A stretch of DNA of 64,000 nt, taken from the sequence record OR780565.1, one strand, 5' to 3'. Below the pieces are notes generated by a model. The model had not been told where the DNA came from. It searched no databases and saw only the letters and a list, made by a program, of their open reading frames with translations. This DNA comes from Escherichia phage DCP2. A program made the translations under genes and the position numbers. Within the stretch, counting starts at the first letter, position 1, and every line of letters starts with the position of its first letter. Shown one piece after another: positions 50,855 to 63,802 of this stretch.

Positions 50855-50886
50855 GTTTACAACGGGCTATGGTAGTGATACTATAG
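50855..50886 (+). promoter_or_regulatory. T4-type early promoter
   Basis: GTTTAC 50855-50860, GATACTATAG -10; GGCTAT / ATAGCC inverted repeat. Confidence 0.55.
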
Positions 50887-50909
50887 CCTTATCAACTAAG
50901 GAGAATAAA

Positions 50910-51152
50910 ATGAGATTACAACGCCAGAGCATTAAAGATTCAGAAGTTAGAGGTAAATGGTATTTTAATATCATCGGTAAAGATTCTGATCTCGTTGAAA
51001 AAGCCGAACATCTTTTACGTGATATGGGATGGGAAGATGAATGCGATGGATGCCCTCTTTATGAGGATGGAGAAAGCGCAGGATTCTGGATTTATCATTC
51101 TGACGTTGAACAGTTTAAAGCTGATTGGAAAATTGTGAAAAAGTCTGTTTGA
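50910..51152 (+). CDS. hypothetical protein (80 aa)
   Basis: ATG after AAGGAGAA RBS downstream of promoter. Confidence 0.5.
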   Translation: MRLQRQSIKDSEVRGKWYFNIIGKDSDLVEKAEHLLRDMGWEDECDGCPLYEDGESAGFWIYHSDVEQFKADWKIVKKSV

Positions 51153-51743
<591 letters not shown>

Positions 51744-51763
51744 AATAACACGTGGCGGAAAAT

Positions 51764-52111
51764 ATGAGCTTTAATTATTACCCTATTCTATTAGAAAAAG
51801 ACGCGAAACAGCCAAAATGGCAGGGTCCTCAGTTTATTAAAGGCGTCTATCAATTAGTAGTTCCTAAAGACAAGATTTATAGTAGTTGTTTCACTGAATC
51901 CGCTTGCAGTATTTTCGGTAATAGTTCTCCGTATTGGAATTTTGATATAAAGCTTGACAGAAATATCGATATTTGGTTGAAAGCTATGGATATTGGCAAT
52001 ATCACGTTTGATGAGAATAATTATCATATTATTGGTCGCTTTTCCAAGCGTGGTAAAGAATTATATTTCACGCCTGAAATTGAAAGAAAATTTGACGCTA
52101 AACCGTATTGA
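51764..52111 (+). CDS. hypothetical protein (115 aa) inserted between frd and td
   Basis: ORF fills a roughly 410 bp gap where T4 frd and td overlap; no recognisable motif. Confidence 0.5.
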   Translation: MSFNYYPILLEKDAKQPKWQGPQFIKGVYQLVVPKDKIYSSCFTESACSIFGNSSPYWNFDIKLDRNIDIWLKAMDIGNITFDENNYHIIGRFSKRGKELYFTPEIERKFDAKPY

Positions 52112-52156
52112 TTATTTAGCTTCATAAAATGTATTATAATTTATATAAGGTACTAA

Positions 52157-53017
52157 ATGAAACAATACCAAGATTTAATTAAAGACATTTTTGAAAATGG
52201 CTATGAAACTGATGACCGAACAGGCACAGGAACAATTGCTTTGTTCGGTACTAAATTACGCTGGGATTTAAGTAAAGGTTTTCCTGCAGTAACGACTAAG
52301 AAGCTCGCCTGGAAAGCTTGCATTGCTGAGCTAATATGGTTTTTATCGGGAAGCACAAATGTCAATGATTTGCGATTAATTCAACATGATTCATTAATTC
52401 AAGGCAAAACAGTCTGGGATGAAAATTACGAAAATCAAGCAAAAGATTTAGGATACCATAGCGGTGAACTTGGTCCAATTTATGGAAAACAATGGCGTGA
52501 TTTTGGCGGTGTAGACCAAATTGTAGAAGTTGTTGATCGTATTAAAAAACTGCCGAATGATAGGCGTCAAATTGTTTCTGCGTGGAATCCAGCTGAACTT
52601 AAATATATGTCATTACCGCCTTGTCATATGTTTTATCAGTTTAATGTGCGTAATGGATATTTGGATTTGCAGTGGTATCAACGTTCGGTAGATGTTTTTC
52701 TTGGTCTTCCATTTAATATTGCATCATATGCTGCGTTAGTTCATATTGTAGCTAAGATGTGTAATCTTATTCCAGGAGATTTGATATTTTCTGGTGGTAA
52801 TACTCATATCTATATGAATCACGTAGAACAATGTAAAGAAATTTTGCGTCGTGAACCTAAAGAGCTCTGTGAACTGGTAATAGGCGGATTGCCTTATAAA
52901 TTCCGCTATCTTTCTACTAAAGAACAATTGGAATACATTCTTAAACTCAGGCCTAAAGATTTCGTTCTCAAAGATTATCAGTCCCATGGTGTCTTGAAAG
53001 GAAAAATGGCGGTGTAA
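52157..53017 (+). CDS. td: thymidylate synthase, intronless
   Basis: 286 aa continuous ORF with conserved TS core (LPPCHMFYQF). Confidence 0.93.
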   Translation: MKQYQDLIKDIFENGYETDDRTGTGTIALFGTKLRWDLSKGFPAVTTKKLAWKACIAELIWFLSGSTNVNDLRLIQHDSLIQGKTVWDENYENQAKDLGYHSGELGPIYGKQWRDFGGVDQIVEVVDRIKKLPNDRRQIVSAWNPAELKYMSLPPCHMFYQFNVRNGYLDLQWYQRSVDVFLGLPFNIASYAALVHIVAKMCNLIPGDLIFSGGNTHIYMNHVEQCKEILRREPKELCELVIGGLPYKFRYLSTKEQLEYILKLRPKDFVLKDYQSHGVLKGKMAV

Positions 53018-53040
53018 TTAATTATTAATTGTGAGGATAT

Positions 53041-53304
53041 ATGATTTTACGATTTAAAGATACTTCTGGTGTAGTTCTTTTTACACTTCCTAATCCAAGT
53101 GAGCTAGAAGTTCCAGGACCAAATCAGCCTATTATCATTTATGGCAAAAAATATTATACTCATAAAATGACTCGTGAGTATTTTGATAATAAAATTTCCA
53201 CAGTTAAAACTTCTTCTGACTGTTACTACGATATTACTGTTTTAACGGAAAAACAATATGCCGAATTATCACCGCGCGGGCCGTCTATGTCGGGTAGTGA
53301 ATAA
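53041..53304 (+). CDS. hypothetical protein (87 aa)
   Basis: GAGGATAT RBS. Confidence 0.5.
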   Translation: MILRFKDTSGVVLFTLPNPSELEVPGPNQPIIIYGKKYYTHKMTREYFDNKISTVKTSSDCYYDITVLTEKQYAELSPRGPSMSGSE

Positions 53305-53587
53305 ATACAAATCCGACTTTGATGTTAATATTCACCGTGGTACATTTTGGGGAAATTACGTCGGTAAAGATGCTGGCAGCCGGGAGGTTGCCATTGAATT
53401 ATTCAAAAAAGATTTTATACGTCGAATTAAATCCGGAGAAATAACTAAAGCACATTTAGAGCCTTTACGTGGAATGAGGCTAGGATGCACATGTAAACCA
53501 AAGCCGTGTCATGGTGATATAATAGCTCATATAGTTACCGATTGTTTAAAGACGATTTTCAAGTTGAGGACTTATGCAATTAATTAA
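53258..53587 (+). CDS. hypothetical protein with CxCxPxxCHGD motif (DUF4326-like), start uncertain
   Basis: Motif [14 protein letters not shown]; overlaps upstream ORF by 47 nt. Confidence 0.45.
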   Translation: MPNYHRAGRLCRVVNKYKSDFDVNIHRGTFWGNYVGKDAGSREVAIELFKKDFIRRIKSGEITKAHLEPLRGMRLGCTCKPKPCHGDIIAHIVTDCLKTIFKLRTYAIN

Positions 53588-55838
53588 TGTTATCAAAAGT
53601 AGTGGTGTTTCTCAGAGCTTTGACCCGCAAAAAATTATTAAAGTTTTATCTTGGGCAGCTGAGGGAACATCAGTAGATCCTTATGAATTATATGAAAATA
53701 TTAAATCTTATCTCCGTGATGGAATGACAACTGATGATATTCAGACTATTGTCATTAAGGCTGCTGCGAATTCTATTTCGGTTGAAGAGCCTGATTATCA
53801 ATATGTAGCTGCACGTTGTCTAATGTTCGCTCTTCGTAAGCATGTTTATGGGCAGTATGAACCGCGTTCATTTATTGACCATATTTCTTACTGTGTAAAT
53901 GAAGGTAAATATGACCCTGAATTATTGTCAAAATATTCAGCAGAAGAAATTACATTTTTAGAATCAAAAATTAAGCACGAGCGGGATATGGAATTTACTT
54001 ATTCCGGGGCGATGCAATTAAAAGAAAAATATTTAGTTAAAGATAAAACCACTGGTCAAATTTATGAAACTCCTCAGTTTGCATTTATGACTATTGGAAT
54101 GGCATTGCATCAAGATGAACCTGTTGATAGATTAAAACATGTTATTCGTTTTTATGAAGCAGTATCTACTCGACAGATTTCATTACCAACTCCTATTATG
54201 GCTGGTTGCCGTACTCCAACTCGGCAGTTTAGTTCATGCGTTGTTATTGAGGCAGGTGATTCATTAAAGTCTATTAATAAGGCTTCTGCTTCAATTGTTG
54301 AATATATCTCCAAACGTGCTGGAATTGGTATTAACGTTGGTATGATTCGTGCCGAAGGTTCTAAGATTGGCATGGGTGAAGTGCGTCATACTGGTGTTAT
54401 TCCTTTTTGGAAACATTTTCAGACTGCTGTTAAATCATGCTCACAGGGCGGAATTCGTGGCGGCGCTGCTACTGCTTATTATCCTATTTGGCATTTGGAA
54501 GTTGAAAATCTTCTCGTTTTGAAAAATAACAAAGGCGTAGAAGAAAACCGCATTCGTCATATGGATTATGGTGTTCAACTGAATGATTTGATGATGGAAC
54601 GATTCGGAAAGAACGATTACATTACTTTGTTCAGTCCACATGAAATGGGTGGCGAGCTTTATTATTCTTATTTTAAAGACCAAAACCGTTTCCGTGAATT
54701 ATACGAAGCAGCAGAAAAAGACCCTAATATTCGTAAAAAGCGTATTAAAGCCCGTGAACTATTTGAATTGCTCATGACTGAACGTTCAGGAACCGCAAGG
54801 ATTTATGTGCAGTTCATTGATAATACGAATAACTATACTCCGTTTATTCGTGAAAAGGCGCCTATTCGTCAGAGTAACTTGTGTTGTGAAATTGCTATTC
54901 CAACAAATGATGTGAATAGTCCTGATGCTGAAATTGGATTGTGTACTCTCTCTGCATTCGTACTAGATAATTTTGACTGGCAAGACCAAGATAAAATTAA
55001 TGAATTGGCAGAAGTTCAAGTTCGTGCTCTTGATAATCTTTTGGATTACCAAGGATATCCAGTTCCTGAAGCAGAAAAAGCTAAAAAGCGTCGTAACCTC
55101 GGTGTAGGTGTTACTAACTATGCAGCTTGGCTGGCAAGTAACTTTGCTTCTTATGAAGATGCTAACGATTTAACACATGAACTATTTGAGAGATTACAGT
55201 ATGGACTCATTAAAGCATCCATTAAACTCGCCAAAGAAAAAGGACCTTGCGAATATTATTCAGACACTCGTTGGTCTCGAGGCGAATTACCTATTGACTG
55301 GTACAATAAAAAGATTGACCAAATCGCAGCTCCAAAATACGTTTGTGACTGGTCGTCGCTGCGGGAAGACCTTAAGCTCTTTGGCATCCGTAATAGCACA
55401 TTATCAGCACTTATGCCATGTGAGTCATCTTCCCAAGTTTCTAACAGTACAAATGGTATCGAGCCTCCACGTGGACCAGTCTCTGTTAAAGAATCAAAAG
55501 AGGGTTCCTTCAATCAAGTCGTGCCCAATATTGAACATAACATAGACCTCTATGATTATACATGGAAATTAGCTAAGAAAGGTAATAAACCTTATCTTAC
55601 GCAGGTAGCTATTATGCTGAAATGGGTATGTCAATCAGCTTCAGCGAATACATATTATGACCCACAGATTTTTCCAAAAGGAAAGGTTCCAATGTCAATA
55701 ATGATTGATGACCTTTTGTATTTTTGGTATTTTGGCGGAAAAAATTTCTATTATCATAATACCCGTGATGGTTCTGGTACTGATGATTATGAAATAGAAA
55801 CTCCAAAAGCTGAAGATTGTTCATCCTGTAAATTATGA
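53574..55838 (+). CDS. nrdA: ribonucleotide reductase large subunit
   Basis: 754 aa; ATP-cone N-terminus and class Ia RNR catalytic core. Confidence 0.93.
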   Translation: MQLINVIKSSGVSQSFDPQKIIKVLSWAAEGTSVDPYELYENIKSYLRDGMTTDDIQTIVIKAAANSISVEEPDYQYVAARCLMFALRKHVYGQYEPRSFIDHISYCVNEGKYDPELLSKYSAEEITFLESKIKHERDMEFTYSGAMQLKEKYLVKDKTTGQIYETPQFAFMTIGMALHQDEPVDRLKHVIRFYEAVSTRQISLPTPIMAGCRTPTRQFSSCVVIEAGDSLKSINKASASIVEYISKRAGIGINVGMIRAEGSKIGMGEVRHTGVIPFWKHFQTAVKSCSQGGIRGGAATAYYPIWHLEVENLLVLKNNKGVEENRIRHMDYGVQLNDLMMERFGKNDYITLFSPHEMGGELYYSYFKDQNRFRELYEAAEKDPNIRKKRIKARELFELLMTERSGTARIYVQFIDNTNNYTPFIREKAPIRQSNLCCEIAIPTNDVNSPDAEIGLCTLSAFVLDNFDWQDQDKINELAEVQVRALDNLLDYQGYPVPEAEKAKKRRNLGVGVTNYAAWLASNFASYEDANDLTHELFERLQYGLIKASIKLAKEKGPCEYYSDTRWSRGELPIDWYNKKIDQIAAPKYVCDWSSLREDLKLFGIRNSTLSALMPCESSSQVSNSTNGIEPPRGPVSVKESKEGSFNQVVPNIEHNIDLYDYTWKLAKKGNKPYLTQVAIMLKWVCQSASANTYYDPQIFPKGKVPMSIMIDDLLYFWYFGGKNFYYHNTRDGSGTDDYEIETPKAEDCSSCKL

Positions 55839-55889
55839 TATAATTTGACTCATGGACGAGTCACTATCTATTAACTAAGTGGAAAATTT

Positions 55890-57068
55890 ATGAGCACAGT
55901 TTTTAATACAAATCCAGTTGATGTTTTAAAAGAACCTATGTTTTTTGGTTCAGGTCTTGGTATTGCGCGTTATGATATTCAACGTCATAAAGTTTTTGAA
56001 GATTTAACCGAAAAGCAGTTGTCATTTTTCTGGCGTCCTGAAGAAGTAAACTTAATGATGGATGCTGCGCAATTTAATAAGCTTCCTCAGTATCAGCAAA
56101 ATATTTTTACTAATAACCTGAAGTATCAATCACTTTTGGATAGCATTCAGGGTCGTGCGCCGTCTGCTGTACTTATGTCATTAATTTCAGACCCAAGCCT
56201 TGATACATGGGTTGCTACGTGGACTTTTAGTGAAACTATTCACAGCCGTTCATATACACATATCATGCGAAATCTTTATACTGATCCATCGAAAGTATTT
56301 GATGAAATTGTATTAGATGAAGCTATTATGAAACGTGCTGAATCCATTGGACGTTATTATGATGATGTTCTTAAGAAAACCCGTGAATGGGAAAATGCTA
56401 AAGAATTTGTAGAACTAGCTAAAGAATCTCCTGATGCTGATTTTCGTTTAAATCGAGCTATTAAACAAGAAGCCGAAGCTAAACGAGCACTAATGAAATC
56501 TCTTTATCTTTGCCTTCATGTAATCAATGCATTGGAAGCTATTCGTTTTTATGTATCTTTCGCATGTACCTTTAACTTCCATAAGAACATGGAAATCATG
56601 GAAGGTAATGCCAAGATTATGAAGTTCATTGCGCGTGATGAGCAGCTTCACCTTAAAGGCACTCAATATATTATTCGTCAACTTCAACTTGGCACTGATG
56701 GTGATGAATGGGTTAAAATTGCTCAAGAGTGTGAACAAGAAGCAGTTGATATTTTCATGGAAGTTAACCGCCAAGAAAAAGACTGGGCAGTTCATTTATT
56801 TAAAGATGGTGATGTTCCTGGATTAAATACAAATAGCATGTGGAGCTTTATTGATTACTTAACTGTATCTCGTATGAAACAGTGCGGTCTTCCATGCCCA
56901 ATTACTGATGCTCCGGTTAAACATCCGTATCCTTGGATTCGTGAATACCTTAATTCTGATAATGTTCAATCCGCGCCGCAAGAAGTAGAACTGTCATCTT
57001 ACCTTGTAGCACAGATTGATAATGATGTTGATGATAAAGTTATGATGAGTTTTAAAAAATATTTTTAA
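55890..57068 (+). CDS. nrdB: ribonucleotide reductase small subunit, intronless
   Basis: 392 aa continuous ORF, ferritin-like di-iron motifs. Confidence 0.92.
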   Translation: MSTVFNTNPVDVLKEPMFFGSGLGIARYDIQRHKVFEDLTEKQLSFFWRPEEVNLMMDAAQFNKLPQYQQNIFTNNLKYQSLLDSIQGRAPSAVLMSLISDPSLDTWVATWTFSETIHSRSYTHIMRNLYTDPSKVFDEIVLDEAIMKRAESIGRYYDDVLKKTREWENAKEFVELAKESPDADFRLNRAIKQEAEAKRALMKSLYLCLHVINALEAIRFYVSFACTFNFHKNMEIMEGNAKIMKFIARDEQLHLKGTQYIIRQLQLGTDGDEWVKIAQECEQEAVDIFMEVNRQEKDWAVHLFKDGDVPGLNTNSMWSFIDYLTVSRMKQCGLPCPITDAPVKHPYPWIREYLNSDNVQSAPQEVELSSYLVAQIDNDVDDKVMMSFKKYF

Positions 57069-57072
57069 GGAG

Positions 57073-57095
57073 TGGGCCGCAAGGCCCATTTTATT
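57073..57095 (+). terminator. hairpin plus U tract after nrdB
   Basis: TGGGCC-GCAA-GGCCCA followed by TTTTATT. Confidence 0.6.
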
Positions 57096-58683
<1,588 letters not shown>

Positions 58684-58685
58684 GC

Positions 58686-58717
58686 TGTTTACAAGTCCCT
58701 CGTGTTGTGTTATAGTA
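58686..58717 (+). promoter_or_regulatory. T4-type early promoter
   Basis: GTTTACAAGTCC then TATAGT 58711-58716. Confidence 0.6.
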
Positions 58718-58744
58718 GTCTTACTGACATAACATGAGGACTTT

Positions 58745-59251
58745 ATGATGGATTTACAGCTTATTACTACTGAAATGGTCGTTGAAGCATACGGTGATAC
58801 TACAGATGGGATTTCTGTATTTAAAGGAAATCGTCGAGTTGGATATATCACCGATCTTAAGAAAGATTTAGCTAAGCAAGTCAAGCGGAAAACGACTATT
58901 AAAGAATATCGAAATCGTCGTCTTGAGCAAGCCCGTGATATGCTTCCTGATGCGGTTGAGGAGATGAAAGTCTTTTTAGAAAATCAGCTTGCGAAATATG
59001 ATTGTGATGTGTTCATTAATCAGACTCAACCTAATGTTCATATCAATAACTGTAAATGCTACATCATCGTTAATCCTTTGACGGGAAAACATCGTCTTGG
59101 AATTAGTAATCCAAATCGTAGTGCATCAGATATGGCAGAAGATGTTGAGGCATGCTTTAAAATTTCTAAATCTCCGGCTGAACATCATATTTTAATTAAC
59201 GGTCTTTCTCAAGACGATATTGTAGAGGTTATTAAAACTTTATGCATGTAA
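58745..59251 (+). CDS. alc: Alc (blocks transcription of cytosine-containing DNA)
   Basis: 167-168 aa (tandem ATGs at 58745/58748) directly after gene 63. Confidence 0.7.
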   Translation: MMDLQLITTEMVVEAYGDTTDGISVFKGNRRVGYITDLKKDLAKQVKRKTTIKEYRNRRLEQARDMLPDAVEEMKVFLENQLAKYDCDVFINQTQPNVHINNCKCYIIVNPLTGKHRLGISNPNRSASDMAEDVEACFKISKSPAEHHILINGLSQDDIVEVIKTLCM

Positions 59252-59595
59252 GTAATTTTACAGCTGGATTGCTATTACTTGTGATAGCATTTGGCGGAAC
59301 ATCTATTATTTTAAAAAATAAGGTAGAAAGATTAGAAACATCGGTTACTGAAATTACAAAAACAGCCAATGAAAACGCTTTAGCATTAGATAATTTGCGA
59401 ATTCAGTATAATTATATTGATGCGATGAATAATAAAAATCGTGAGGCAATTGCTGCTATTGAGCGTGAAAATGAAAAACTGCGCAAAGATGCAAAGAAGG
59501 CGGATGTGGTGGCTCATAAGCCAGGATTGGTTGAAAAACAAATCAACAACTCCTTCAACAAGTTCGCAGAAGACATCCAGGACCTTTCTAAATGA
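59242..59595 (+). CDS. hypothetical membrane-anchored protein (117 aa)
   Basis: N-terminal TM helix, coiled-coil-like remainder. Confidence 0.5.
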   Translation: MHVSNFTAGLLLLVIAFGGTSIILKNKVERLETSVTEITKTANENALALDNLRIQYNYIDAMNNKNREAIAAIERENEKLRKDAKKADVVAHKPGLVEKQINNSFNKFAEDIQDLSK

Positions 59596-59891
59596 TTAAA
59601 CTATCGGCAGTAATATTATCTATTGGTCTTCTAGTTGGTTGTTCGACAAAGCCTCTAGAAGTAAAGAAAGAAACAGTTCATCCTAATTGGCCTGTGCAAA
59701 TAAAGTCATACGATGAAGCTAAACTATCTTGGCAAGTTAAAGTTATTGATGGTAAAGCTTGGGTCGGTATGCCATTTGAAGATTCCCAGGAATTTCGTAT
59801 TTGGCTTAATGATGTAAAACGATATGTACATGACCAAAAAACTATGATATGTTATTATCGTCAAGAGCTAAAAGAGGATAAATGTAAATGA
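59592..59891 (+). CDS. putative lipoprotein (99 aa)
   Basis: Signal peptide with lipobox LVGC. Confidence 0.5.
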   Translation: MIKLSAVILSIGLLVGCSTKPLEVKKETVHPNWPVQIKSYDEAKLSWQVKVIDGKAWVGMPFEDSQEFRIWLNDVKRYVHDQKTMICYYRQELKEDKCK

Positions 59892-60114
59892 TTTCATGGC
59901 ATCAATTTGAACATCTCAAAGGATTGATTTATGAATCCGAGATGGCTGCAATGATTTATGGACGTCAGATTCAACGATTAGAATCTTTACCTCCAACTAA
60001 TGATGTTTTATTAGCTCAATCTCGGGCTAATCTTAAAAATGAATACCAAAATAAGTGGGGTAAAGCATCTAAAGACCTGCATGATTATATTCAATCATTA
60101 GTTGAGAAAAATAA

Positions 60115-60118
<4 letters not shown>
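59888..60118 (+). CDS. hypothetical protein (76 aa)
   Basis: ATGA overlap. Confidence 0.45.
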
Positions 60119-61321
<1,203 letters not shown>

Positions 61322-61322
<1 letters not shown>

Positions 61323-61519
61323 TGGCTTGGCATCATGAAACTTGGGCTATTGTTATTGTAAATAGTGGTTTAGTTGGTACTAGTAATGGGCAATTTTGTA
61401 TATTCACTAGTGAAATCAGAGCTTGGGAGGAATGCCTTAAATTAAGAGAAAAGAATCCTGATGTTGAACTAACAGTAAAGAAAACTAAACTGCCTTTACC
61501 ATGGAAAACTTATGAATAA
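61322..61519 (+). CDS. hypothetical protein (65 aa)
   Basis: ATG overlaps pseT stop. Confidence 0.45.
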
Positions 61520-61712
61520 TCTAGAAAAGATTTATCGTCTTTGTGATAAAATTGAAAAAGAAAAGAAATATCTATTTTGTCTATGGCCTATTGTTGACGG
61601 AAGAGTAGGCTTAGATGTTCTTGATTATGAAACAGAAGACAAAGTAGATGGTTCAATTTTTGATAACGCTTTGGATGTTATTGATTGGCTTGAAGAAAAT
61701 TATGTGAGGTAA
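61512..61712 (+). CDS. hypothetical protein (66 aa)
   Basis: Overlapping ORF. Confidence 0.45.
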   Translation: MNNLEKIYRLCDKIEKEKKYLFCLWPIVDGRVGLDVLDYETEDKVDGSIFDNALDVIDWLEENYVR

Positions 61713-61714
61713 AT

Positions 61715-61990
61715 ATGTTTCCGACTTACTCTAAAATCGTAGAAGTAGTGTTTAGCCAAATTATCGCTAATAACATGTTTGAAAAGCTTGATAATGCAGC
61801 TGAGCTTCGAATCCACGCTCAAGTGACTCATGTATTGAACGCTTTGCTTCCAGACCAAGTGGATTCTATTGCAATTACGCTGTATCCAGGTTCCGCGCAT
61901 ATCATTGTCGTATTCGGTCTTGATGCTGAGCTAGTCATCAAAGGCGATATTCGTTTTGAATCACAGACATCAGAATTCAAAGCAATTTAA
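61715..61990 (+). CDS. hypothetical protein (91 aa)
   Basis: ORF in cd-upstream cluster. Confidence 0.45.
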   Translation: MFPTYSKIVEVVFSQIIANNMFEKLDNAAELRIHAQVTHVLNALLPDQVDSIAITLYPGSAHIIVVFGLDAELVIKGDIRFESQTSEFKAI

Positions 61991-61992
61991 TA

Positions 61993-62023
61993 GTTTACTT
62001 TACGGTAGAGTTGTGATATTATA
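61993..62023 (+). promoter_or_regulatory. T4-type early promoter
   Basis: GTTTAC 61993-61998, TATTAT 62017-62022 flanked by GGTAGAG / CTCTACC inverted repeat. Confidence 0.6.
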
Positions 62024-62051
62024 GCTCTACCAAACAAATGAGGAAATTGAA

Positions 62052-62288
62052 ATGCTAAGTGAAAAACCAATTACTGTTAAAGAATTCCAAGAAAAAGTTA
62101 AACTATTTGCTCAGGAATTGGTAAATAAGGTTTCTGAACGATTTCCTGAAACATCGGTTCGTGTTATTACCGAAACTCCTCGTTCAGTATTAGTAATTGT
62201 GAATCCAGGTGATGGTGACCAAATAACACATCTCAAATTGGATTTTGATGGATTAGTTGAAGCACAAAGGGTGTATGGCGTACTATGA
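62052..62288 (+). CDS. hypothetical protein (78 aa)
   Basis: GAGGAAAT RBS. Confidence 0.5.
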   Translation: MLSEKPITVKEFQEKVKLFAQELVNKVSERFPETSVRVITETPRSVLVIVNPGDGDQITHLKLDFDGLVEAQRVYGVL

Positions 62289-62623
62289 TGAATTTAACTG
62301 ATATAATTGATAATTGTCTTGAAAATGATACTGGCGATCATAGAGCGCTTGACTCTGAAACAGCACAGTTCATTAGAATAACTTTAATGAATGATACTCT
62401 AGTGAATAGTATTCATCCTTCTGTGTATGATGCTATTATTGTGACGAAGTATCCAGTTGAGCTTCACAAAAAGATGGCTGGTGCAATTTTTATTGATAAG
62501 AAAAACCGCTTTAAAGATGGGCAGAATATAATTAGTTCTGTTATTAAAAGTATAACTAAACTTCGTCATGAAATTTATCGTGTTGAAACTGCTAAATCTG
62601 CTTATCTGGTGATTATGAAATGA
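62285..62623 (+). CDS. hypothetical protein (112 aa)
   Basis: ATGA overlap. Confidence 0.45.
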   Translation: MMNLTDIIDNCLENDTGDHRALDSETAQFIRITLMNDTLVNSIHPSVYDAIIVTKYPVELHKKMAGAIFIDKKNRFKDGQNIISSVIKSITKLRHEIYRVETAKSAYLVIMK

Positions 62624-63201
62624 AAGCGAGTACAGTGCTTCAAATTGCATATTTAGTATCACAAGAATCAAAGTGTTGCTCCTGGAAGGTAGGAGCAGTA
62701 ATTGAAAAGAATGGACGTATTATTTCTACTGGATATAACGGTTCTCCGGCAGGTGGTGTGAATTGCTGTGATTATGCTGCTGAGCAAGGTTGGTTGTTGA
62801 ATAAGCCTAAACATACTATCATTCAAGGTCATAAGCCTGAATGCATATCGTTTGGTTCAACTGATCGTTTTGTTTTGGCGAAAGAACACCGTAGCGCTCA
62901 CTCTGAATGGTCGTCTAAAAATGAAATTCATGCTGAACTAAATGCAATTTTGTTTGCTGCACGAAATGGTTCTTCAATTGAAGGTGCTACTATGTATGTA
63001 ACACTTTCTCCTTGCCCAGATTGTGCAAAAGCAATAGCTCAATCTGGAATTAAAAAGCTGGTTTATTGTGAAACATACGATAAAAATAAACCTGGCTGGG
63101 ATGATATTCTGCGAAATGCAGGTATTGAAGTGTTTAATGTTCCTAAGAAAAACTTGAATAAGTTAAACTGGGAAAATATCAACGAATTCTGTGGTGAATA
63201 A
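62620..63201 (+). CDS. cd: dCMP deaminase
   Basis: 193 aa; zinc-binding HAELNAI and SPCPDCAKAI motifs. Confidence 0.92.
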   Translation: MKASTVLQIAYLVSQESKCCSWKVGAVIEKNGRIISTGYNGSPAGGVNCCDYAAEQGWLLNKPKHTIIQGHKPECISFGSTDRFVLAKEHRSAHSEWSSKNEIHAELNAILFAARNGSSIEGATMYVTLSPCPDCAKAIAQSGIKKLVYCETYDKNKPGWDDILRNAGIEVFNVPKKNLNKLNWENINEFCGE

Positions 63202-63437
63202 TGAAATTTCGTTTGGTACAACTCACAGCAATTAGTTCTTATTCTAACGAGAACATCTCATTTGCCGTAGAGTATAAGAAATATTTTTTCTCTAAATGGA
63301 AGCAGTATTATAAGTCAGAATGGGTTTGTATTGATAGACCGTATAGCTGGAAATCTGATTTAGAAAAATGCCAAAAATTGCTTTCCACTCTTAAAGAACG
63401 TGGAACAACCCATATTAAAACTGTAATAGGTAAATAA
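63201..63437 (+). CDS. hypothetical protein (78 aa)
   Basis: ATG overlaps cd stop. Confidence 0.45.
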   Translation: MKFRLVQLTAISSYSNENISFAVEYKKYFFSKWKQYYKSEWVCIDRPYSWKSDLEKCQKLLSTLKERGTTHIKTVIGK

Positions 63438-63746
63438 ATGAAACTGACAACTGAACAAAAAGTAGCAATTCGTGAAATTTTGAAAACTAAATTGTCCATG
63501 GGGGTTTCAAACATAGTTTTTGAAAAGTCTGATGGTACTATTCGTACTATGAAAGGTACTCGTGATGCCGATTTTATGCCAACCATGCAAACCGGTAAAT
63601 TGACTGAATCTACTCGGAAAGAATCTACTGATATGGTTCCAGTATTTGATGTTGAGCTTGGTGCATGGCGAGGTTTTTCTATTGACAAATTGATTTCCGT
63701 TAATGGTATGAAAGTTGAGCATTTGCTTCAATTTATTGGTAAATAA
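63438..63746 (+). CDS. hypothetical protein (102 aa)
   Basis: ORF between cd and 31. Confidence 0.45.
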   Translation: MKLTTEQKVAIREILKTKLSMGVSNIVFEKSDGTIRTMKGTRDADFMPTMQTGKLTESTRKESTDMVPVFDVELGAWRGFSIDKLISVNGMKVEHLLQFIGK

Positions 63747-63802
63747 ATGCTTTAAGAATTATTTGTTATTATTAATTCGTCTGTTAACAAAAAGGAAAAA
63801 CA

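Noticed and set aside
52157-57068. Group I introns or intron-encoded endonucleases in td and nrdB
   Set aside because: Both reading frames are continuous at the expected lengths; no interruption seen.
63308-63688. 126-aa minus-strand ORF
   Set aside because: Antisense to two plus-strand ORFs between cd and 31; no RBS.
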